Origin: a virus
IMG/VR virus record: IMGVR_UViG_3300046808_001035
DNA length: 64,000 bases
Direction: 5' to 3' (one strand)
The position numbers and the translations under genes were made by a program. The notes beneath the pieces were generated by a model. The model saw nothing but the letters and a program-made list of their open reading frames with translations. It searched no databases and had not been told where the DNA came from. Shown here piece after piece: positions 57,462 to 64,000 of the stretch. The first letter of the stretch is position 1. Every line of letters starts with the position of its first letter.

Positions 57462-58025
57462 TTATGGAAGTAATACTCTGACACCCCAAGTTATGGTGAA
57501 GTTGTAGCTAGAGTTATATTGAATAGGGTTAAAATTCGTTCTAGAAAAGACTGTGTCTTTTGCTAGCTCGTCTGCAGCCACAGCTGAAACCAAAGCCACT
57601 TCATAAATTCTGCTGGTGGAGTCAAAACTTGCTCCCCCGGCTTTTGTTGCAGATGTGATCATCGTAGAGAAAAGAACAACGTTCTCATCATAACCTAGAG
57701 AAGTTTGGTATGTGGGTGAGAAAGTTAAAGGCTCTCTCAAATAACCATAAGGCGCAACATAGTTCAAAAACTTGTCCGAATAGTCTACATCTATAGTACG
57801 AGGCACTAAGGTACCAGTATCATTATTGTATCCAATGTACATGCCCCAAATCTTTGCATACTGATCACCGCCAAGTGCGTGAGCTATAATCTTTGCCCCA
57901 CCTTTAAGTATCATGTTGCGTTTATCAACAACCAGCTCAGATACTCCTGTGGTTTGGTGCGTTTTCCAGATCTTGACGAAGCCTGTAAGAGAGTCCGACG
58001 TATTCAAATTTTCGTTAGTTGGCAT
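57462..58025 (-). CDS. Putative baseplate/tail-collar protein
   Basis: N.I...G, I.E..L....FSR..F.PI.......ITW pattern. Confidence 0.6.
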   Translation of the reverse strand: MPTNENLNTSDSLTGFVKIWKTHQTTGVSELVVDKRNMILKGGAKIIAHALGGDQYAKIWGMYIGYNNDTGTLVPRTIDVDYSDKFLNYVAPYGYLREPLTFSPTYQTSLGYDENVVLFSTMITSATKAGGASFDSTSRIYEVALVSAVAADELAKDTVFSRTNFNPIQYNSSYNFTITWGVRVLLP

Positions 58026-58050
58026 AAAGCTATATTATATGTATGCAGGG

Positions 58051-59898
58051 CTAAAAGTCTATTAAGAAGATCGATGGAACTTCTCTAGTCGAGGGCGTTC
58101 TCGGAAATAGCTCGCCTGGCGGTTTTACCTGTAAAGGGATGTCGGTACGTAGTGCGCCTGTAGATATACCTGACAAAGGCGAAGCATTATTGTTAATGAA
58201 CATCTCATCTATGTTAGTTACATGATTAAACTTTGCTGAACCGTCTGCATGTAGTGGTTGACCATTGCGATAAGGCCCTAAAGAGACGCAAAAAAGTCTA
58301 TTAATATAGTCTTTATAGTAATCTGGGTCGCTAAGGTCACCAGGTCTAGACCCATTTAGCCCAGATGAGCCGTCAATGCTAAAGAGCTCGTCAGGAAAAC
58401 CTGGAATACGTAACTTACTATTTAAGTTTGTCATTGTTTCTTCAGCTAGCTGGAGCTTGAGAAGAACAAGAGTGAATACGTGTGCAGGTAGTAGAGGTTG
58501 CAGTGTAGAGAATAAAGAAAAAAACAAGTCTAATCTCTCTCGATTGTAGAAATCTAGCTTTAGCAGCAGTGTGTTATTCTTAAAAATATTCACAAAAAGG
58601 AAATCTACTGGGTTGATTACCATTGTAGTTGTTTGCCCTTCTTTAAACTGCAGGGCTTGTAATAATTTCTGCTTACGTGCAGGCTGGTTAATGTAATCTT
58701 GAAACGCCTGGACATCTTCAGGTCTTCCTTCTACAGGAAAAACAAGCCTGTTGTTCGGTGCGGGCAGTGCACCTAAATAAGTTATAACTTCATCTGTGTT
58801 GACGAAAAAAAGTTGTTGTTCTGTATTAGCGGCAAAAACATGAGATGGAAAGCCTAGCTTGCTTGAGTATAACTCAGTCTTCCACCACAAAGGGTCGATG
58901 GCTGTGTCTACAATCTGAATGTGCTCTGTCAAAGGTTCTCCAGAAAAAATAACACTACCTTCATTCAGGTCTCCTCTGAAATACTGATCTGCAGGAATTT
59001 TATAAACATGTTTGTCTGTGATAGCGTATTGGTACCTTTCGTCAGAATACATGTGTTCTATAACCTCACGAGACTCTATCGCTACAGGAGCATTAACCAG
59101 CATAGCAAACATCGAGTTTAGTGCTGTTATTGTAGCCCCTTCGACCTGTAAATTTATAATAGCTCCTAGCAAATTCTTGTAGCTTTCAGAAGTCGGTAAA
59201 TTAATATCAAAAATAGTTCCAAAATTTTTATATACCTGAGAGTCATCTACGGATGCCATATACATCCATAAGACAATAAACTCATCCTCAACAAGCTCTC
59301 CTTCTGATGTTTTGTATGTAGCTACTTTGCCTAGGTCTTCGACTACTTTAGCTTTAGGAATATACTCGTTGTTGAATAGATCCGTCTTAAAATATAATGT
59401 GTTTTCGTTGAGTACAACGTCAACCCCAGGAATAAGTAAAAGTGACGGAGCAATGACCCGGTTAGCTACAAGTCCTGGGGAAGATAACTTAATTTTAGGA
59501 GTAAAACTAAATATCTGCCCTCCTAATGTTTCTTTTGGGAAGCCAAACCTAAAAAGCTGGTTGGCATAAAATAAATCTGACTCAGGTTGGTAACCAAAAA
59601 CTGCACCGTTGGGAGAGTATACGAAAGGAGCTTTATTGTATTCAGACTTTTTAATAACTAGAGGCAACCACTTTTCTTTATGAAACAAGTCGATGTCTTT
59701 AACCGAATACTGATTTACAGTTTCTATTAAGTTATAGTACGACTGAATAACCTCTTCAGCAAGGGCAGTGGTATACCCTTTCAGCTCGTTACGGTCTTGA
59801 AATATCTGCGACCAAAAAGAACCTAGAGTTCTGTACAAATGCTGACCATCTGTAACATCCCCAGCAGGAAAATTCAAAGAAAGAATGTCGCTTAGCAT
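58051..59898 (-). CDS. Putative baseplate wedge protein
   Basis: Directly follows baseplate J-like gene; LGSFW, LPAHV motifs. Confidence 0.6.
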   Translation of the reverse strand: MLSDILSLNFPAGDVTDGQHLYRTLGSFWSQIFQDRNELKGYTTALAEEVIQSYYNLIETVNQYSVKDIDLFHKEKWLPLVIKKSEYNKAPFVYSPNGAVFGYQPESDLFYANQLFRFGFPKETLGGQIFSFTPKIKLSSPGLVANRVIAPSLLLIPGVDVVLNENTLYFKTDLFNNEYIPKAKVVEDLGKVATYKTSEGELVEDEFIVLWMYMASVDDSQVYKNFGTIFDINLPTSESYKNLLGAIINLQVEGATITALNSMFAMLVNAPVAIESREVIEHMYSDERYQYAITDKHVYKIPADQYFRGDLNEGSVIFSGEPLTEHIQIVDTAIDPLWWKTELYSSKLGFPSHVFAANTEQQLFFVNTDEVITYLGALPAPNNRLVFPVEGRPEDVQAFQDYINQPARKQKLLQALQFKEGQTTTMVINPVDFLFVNIFKNNTLLLKLDFYNRERLDLFFSLFSTLQPLLPAHVFTLVLLKLQLAEETMTNLNSKLRIPGFPDELFSIDGSSGLNGSRPGDLSDPDYYKDYINRLFCVSLGPYRNGQPLHADGSAKFNHVTNIDEMFINNNASPLSGISTGALRTDIPLQVKPPGELFPRTPSTREVPSIFLIDF

Positions 59899-59900
59899 GA

Positions 59901-61514
59901 TTAAGTGATGTTAATACCGATATTGTCTATCGGCTGTACAGCGCCGTTTTCTACTCTGTAGTAATCTATAAAGTAGTTTGTGGTTTTAGGGCTGACGCCT
60001 TTAGGTATGTCGTAAGGCATCAATAGCGCATCATCGCTGTTTAAATATATGACAGAGCCGTCTGGTGCTAGAATTTGACCACTCATAGCGATAGGTAGGT
60101 CGACCCGTTTGATGTTATAGTTGTGACACAACTTAATAATGTTTGAAGCATACAGCTGCTCGCCAAACGGTATAGTATTCACATAGTTAAAAATATCTTT
60201 TTTTAACTGCTGTAAGTTTAGCGAAGCGTATGTATCTATAGGATTTTTCTTAACTAGATTAATCTGCATTGTAACCAAGCAGGGTACAACCGCTTTAACC
60301 AGATAGTCTGCGCAAGCCAGCCGCTGAGAGTCTATAAGCAGCAAGTCCTGCATTTCGAGAAGATTTGGCTGCCCTAAAATATGTAGTTCAAAGTCTAGTT
60401 CAGTCACATTGGCTGGAGCTTCATACTGAAATGTGACTGTGGCTGTTTGATATTTAGAGAACCTTGCATCTCTATCAGTCAAACCTTCATTATTACGTTG
60501 TCCGTAAAAAATAGAATGCCCGAAAGTTGTGTTTTTGATTATCAGCGTTCCGCCAAAACTAATATCTGTAGTCTTTGGTATGATAGACTGAATATAGTAG
60601 AACCCTGGCGCATCCGTATTCGCGATAAACACCTGCCATATGTTTTGAGCTGCGTCAACCAACGTACCTTTTTTTGTTACGGCCAACGTTTGAAGCCCTA
60701 GGCTGCTACGGACATATACATCAGCCTTACCAAATGTAGCTATACCGAAAATGTTTTGCTTATCTCTCTGCATCTCATCGTCGTTGGCTCCACAAACAGA
60801 AAGCTCTTGGAAGCCCACAAAAGTGTCTTTAAACTTATTACGTATTCCGAATTCAGACTCGAGTTTACTATTACCTATATTACTCTTCAGCTTAGCGATA
60901 AGTTGCTTATCTGTTTCTGGGGCTCGGCCTCCAGAGAAGTTGCCGTAAGCTTCTGCGCGTACAAAGTCTCTCAAGTAATATTTTTCAGGTATAGAAAACA
61001 CCGTACCTGAAGGTATTTGGTAGTCTGGTCCAGAGTTCTCGGCCTCTACATCTAGAATAAAATAATATAGCCCTTGATCGCTGTACACCTGAATCTCTTC
61101 GAGAACTGCCGATGGGTTAGGGCTAGCGTAAGTATCTTTAGATACGAGAAAGTTTAAGTTTAAAGCCGACTGAACAAACGTGAACCCTTGGTTTAAATTA
61201 TACTCAGACGCTGAAGAGACAGTAACACGTATTCTCCCAGTAACCTTCGAGCCTCGACTTCTGTATGTGTTGTAATTAGACGCCACCTTATCTATGGCTT
61301 CTGAATATGTGTCTTCGGTAGAATTTAATGCGGTAGCTATAGCGTTTGACTGACTTAACTCTGTAATACGATTGTACTGCTCATTTTGTATGGTGGCGGC
61401 CAGCTTGATAAGTAACTCACTAATGACTGAACCTGGCCCTGTCTCAATATCTGTAAAATTTTGAGCTATAAACGCGGTTATTCTATCTACAGTATTCTCG
61501 AATGATTCTGCCAT
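59901..61514 (-). CDS. Baseplate J / gp6-like wedge protein
   Basis: GSVI.ELL, D..A.NY...R..G....G, VEAE..G..Y.I, GG...ETD, G.ADVYV. Confidence 0.8.
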   Translation of the reverse strand: MAESFENTVDRITAFIAQNFTDIETGPGSVISELLIKLAATIQNEQYNRITELSQSNAIATALNSTEDTYSEAIDKVASNYNTYRSRGSKVTGRIRVTVSSASEYNLNQGFTFVQSALNLNFLVSKDTYASPNPSAVLEEIQVYSDQGLYYFILDVEAENSGPDYQIPSGTVFSIPEKYYLRDFVRAEAYGNFSGGRAPETDKQLIAKLKSNIGNSKLESEFGIRNKFKDTFVGFQELSVCGANDDEMQRDKQNIFGIATFGKADVYVRSSLGLQTLAVTKKGTLVDAAQNIWQVFIANTDAPGFYYIQSIIPKTTDISFGGTLIIKNTTFGHSIFYGQRNNEGLTDRDARFSKYQTATVTFQYEAPANVTELDFELHILGQPNLLEMQDLLLIDSQRLACADYLVKAVVPCLVTMQINLVKKNPIDTYASLNLQQLKKDIFNYVNTIPFGEQLYASNIIKLCHNYNIKRVDLPIAMSGQILAPDGSVIYLNSDDALLMPYDIPKGVSPKTTNYFIDYYRVENGAVQPIDNIGINIT

Positions 61515-61517
61515 ATA

Positions 61518-61997
61518 TTATTTCGGTAAAGGTACTAAAAATTTAACCTCTTCGCCAGCTTCGGTATATATCGTAACATCAAAAGCAGCATACGAGCCAT
61601 ATAGGCTGACTCCTGCTAATTCTGCTCTAACTATACGCTCGTCAGGAGGTATTTCAGGTCTGGATGTTTGATATTCTCGCAAAAGCAATACTGCGTCGTA
61701 ACTTGCGCTAGAAAATATTTGCATAGCCGCCAGTTTATCTACAGGAGATATTCCAGCCTTTATAGTAGACATAAAGTCTGTACCAAAATTAGGATAATTT
61801 GGCTGCGATCCCAGATCTGAAAGAAGCAATATGGCGTAACGCTGCAGAAGCTTCTGTACACCTGCACAAAATTTAGCCTGTCTGCCAAAAGAGGCAGATA
61901 CATCTTGAGCTCCTACACGCATGGCGTCAGGGTTCTGAAAGATACTTATATCCTTCTTTCTTCCTGTATAGTCCGTAGATGTTCCTGATATAGGCAT
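61518..61997 (-). CDS. gp25-like baseplate wedge protein
   Basis: G.QKL.Q....LL...GS....P.FGT, P.DE.I pattern; precedes baseplate J. Confidence 0.7.
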   Translation of the reverse strand: MPISGTSTDYTGRKKDISIFQNPDAMRVGAQDVSASFGRQAKFCAGVQKLLQRYAILLLSDLGSQPNYPNFGTDFMSTIKAGISPVDKLAAMQIFSSASYDAVLLLREYQTSRPEIPPDERIVRAELAGVSLYGSYAAFDVTIYTEAGEEVKFLVPLPK

Positions 61998-62000
61998 AGG

Positions 62001-62411
62001 CTAGTCTAGATTTTTTTTGAATAGCTCAAACAGTCCGTGAGCCTGTCCTGCGGTAGCCATAACACGTGCCCCTTTTTGGGAAAGGTCATCTCTATAGAAA
62101 TGAATTCTGCCTTTATATCTTTGTACGAAAGATTTTTTGAAGCTGTATAGCATACTGACTTCGGCCTTTACTGCACTCAAGCCTTTTCTGGACTTAGGGT
62201 CTTCGTCTTTATATCTGGTACGATACTCTTTATTGAGGTCTTCGGAGTCGGTGATCTTTCTAAGATCCGCAAGAATTAGTTTTTTACTATAATCTATAGC
62301 TTTTAAAAACCATGTGCGTCCTCTGAAATCGTTTGCGAGACGAGCTTCAGGGATCGAGGACTCAAACAGATCCGCGATATCGAATAACACATCTGATATT
62401 TTTTTATACAT
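62001..62411 (-). CDS. Hypothetical protein
   Basis: 136-aa ORF. Confidence 0.7.
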   Translation of the reverse strand: MYKKISDVLFDIADLFESSIPEARLANDFRGRTWFLKAIDYSKKLILADLRKITDSEDLNKEYRTRYKDEDPKSRKGLSAVKAEVSMLYSFKKSFVQRYKGRIHFYRDDLSQKGARVMATAGQAHGLFELFKKNLD

Positions 62412-63043
62412 TACTTCCAGCCTTTCGACAAAGTTGAGTTTATTAATTTTAACCTATTACTGAGGGTGCTCACAGACAAATTTAACTTTTTTGCTAGCTG
62501 TGTATTATCTAGAATTGGTTTACCTCCAAACCCTGTTTTATGTTCGAAGATCAACTTGTCTTTATCTGACAGATCATGATAAACAAACTGAACCCACTCG
62601 TCATTCTGGCTTGAAAATAGAGTAGGGGAGTCGAACAGCGAAGAAATACCTGTACTAGTCTTCTTGCTCTTCAGCGTGTTAGTGACTGCTTTCACAGACA
62701 TTCCTGAGTGATGTGATAGCTCTTCTGTTGTTGGAGTGCGCCCGAGCTGATGTTCTAGGTCTTTTTCTAGCTTGTTAAGTTTATTTAAATCAAACTGGGT
62801 GTTTTCTGGTGTTCGCAACACAGTCCCATATTTTGTAGATAACCTTGAAAGCTTTTTAAGACTGTTTACTAGGTGTGTACTAAATTTAATGCCAGAAGCT
62901 GCGTTATACGTTTTAGCTGCTTCTCTAGCCAGCTTGTAAGCCTCTAGTTGTACGGTGATCAGCGGCAGATTACTAGCATATCTGGATGCTTCAAGGTCGA
63001 TAAGTTTCTTATTATCCTTGATTAGTTTTTCTATGTTATTCAT
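62411..63043 (-). CDS. Sigma-70 family sigma factor (FliA/SigF-like; candidate late sigma)
   Basis: A..YN...GIKFSTH, LGRTPTTEELS (region 3), C-terminal HTH LAKKLNLSVSTLS. Confidence 0.8.
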   Translation of the reverse strand: MNNIEKLIKDNKKLIDLEASRYASNLPLITVQLEAYKLAREAAKTYNAASGIKFSTHLVNSLKKLSRLSTKYGTVLRTPENTQFDLNKLNKLEKDLEHQLGRTPTTEELSHHSGMSVKAVTNTLKSKKTSTGISSLFDSPTLFSSQNDEWVQFVYHDLSDKDKLIFEHKTGFGGKPILDNTQLAKKLNLSVSTLSNRLKLINSTLSKGWK

Positions 63044-63051
63044 CGCTTGTA

Positions 63052-64000
63052 TTATGAGAAAGATTTTGCGTAACCCTCACGAATTCCTTTTTCTACGCCT
63101 GCGTCATACCCCAAGAAGTCGTCGGAAGATGAGCCTACCGGATCTTTACCGAACCTACCACAGCAAAAATTAATGATAGTTATAGCCGAACCTACATTAG
63201 GAGGACCTGTTTCAATTCTATGCACTACAGACGTAACATAAAAGTGCAGATACATACCAGATTCACGCACAAACAAAACTCCTCCAGTTCCTGGAGCCCA
63301 TGCAGGGTTAAAGTCTAGGGTTATGGCACCTTGTCTATCTGTAAATCTCGCCTGGTAATATTTTGTTTCTGCAAAGTTTTTCATGTACTTTCCTGCAGAA
63401 CTCTCTACTTCTTTTGTTTTTTTACTCTCTCGTTCTGCATGGCTCTTGTTTGTGGTCTTTGCTGCATCAGCAAACGATATTTGTTTTTCGTAAGGAGAGC
63501 TCTCTCCGTCTTGATTAATTTTTCCTTTTTTAGCATCTGTAGCTTTCGGAGCTGTAGCAGAGACATCCATCCACGGATGCGCTCGAGTAACATACACCCC
63601 AGAGCCTTTGGCTTCGCCCGCAGGTGCCGCAAAGCAACCAATCACAGCTCTATCGTGTCCTTTTGGTCCGAGATGAGGCCCCCCTGTGTATTGTGGAGTC
63701 AATAAAATCACGCTGTTGACGTCGCGAAAGCCTACGTCATTAAAAGAATAGCTGCTATAGTCTGCGGGGCCTGCGCAGTTAACAGTAGTACTTAATTGTC
63801 CTACCCCAGGAGTATATTTATCTTGTTTTATAACCGAGTTAATTGGGACGATGTAGCTTTTGCTGCCTCCAAAAATAATAGAGCAACCTACTGAGGATAA
63901 GAAGTTTAATAAATTTTCTAAAAGAATAGAGGGTCCTCCTGCAAAGATATCCTTTACCCTTAACCCCACCGTACCCATCTTAAGACTATCAATCATGCCT
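63052..64000 (-). CDS. Structural-region protein, probably 5'-truncated by window end (possible baseplate hub)
   Basis: ORF runs to window edge; C-terminal FNP...PG......YV..V.H pattern reminiscent of hub proteins. Confidence 0.5.
   Translation of the reverse strand, partial: GMIDSLKMGTVGLRVKDIFAGGPSILLENLLNFLSSVGCSIIFGGSKSYIVPINSVIKQDKYTPGVGQLSTTVNCAGPADYSSYSFNDVGFRDVNSVILLTPQYTGGPHLGPKGHDRAVIGCFAAPAGEAKGSGVYVTRAHPWMDVSATAPKATDAKKGKINQDGESSPYEKQISFADAAKTTNKSHAERESKKTKEVESSAGKYMKNFAETKYYQARFTDRQGAITLDFNPAWAPGTGGVLFVRESGMYLHFYVTSVVHRIETGPPNVGSAITIINFCCGRFGKDPVGSSSDDFLGYDAGVEKGIREGYAKSFS

Noticed and set aside
1-64000. Stop-codon reassignment (alternative genetic code)
   Set aside because: Coding density is high under code 11, and TAA, TAG and TGA all end genes at sensible, tightly packed boundaries.
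1-64000. CRISPR array or diversity-generating retroelement
   Set aside because: No regularly spaced direct repeats, no reverse transcriptase ORF, and no near-identical template/variable repeat pair noticed by eye; FN3 repeats are protein-level only.

Overview
This window is a 64-kb segment of a large tailed bacteriophage genome, probably jumbo-type with a contractile tail. It is read in genetic code 11 and is almost entirely on the minus strand. Left to right it holds: (1) the end of a tRNA cluster (Thr-UGU, Pro-UGG and an aberrant tRNA-like element with a 34-nt anticodon loop); (2) a replication/recombination block (RuvC-like resolvase, RecA/UvsX, probable SSB, UDG-fused family A DNA polymerase, ECF-type sigma, DnaB helicase, primase, SF2 helicase, Rad50/Mre11-like pair, UvsE); (3) an AAA/DUF3150/DUF1257/DUF2997-type module whose ATPase gene is split inside Walker B by an 840-nt group I intron carrying an HNH endonuclease; (4) the terminase large subunit; (5) a phage tmRNA with a 30-residue tag; (6) tail/baseplate genes, including two giant Ig/FN3-repeat ORFs that look like one frame-split gene, and a second sigma factor. 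The most striking element lies inside the replication block at 4529-7956. It is a compact, translationally coupled operon encoding a small protein ending ...VIGG-DKQSL (candidate ubiquitin-like modifier with a removable tail), a ~680-aa protein with a candidate thiol-carrier Cys, a JAB/JAMM metalloprotease and a ThiF/E1-like adenylating enzyme. This is a candidate phage-encoded ubiquitin-like protein conjugation system. All family calls come from motif recognition by eye; no database searches were run.
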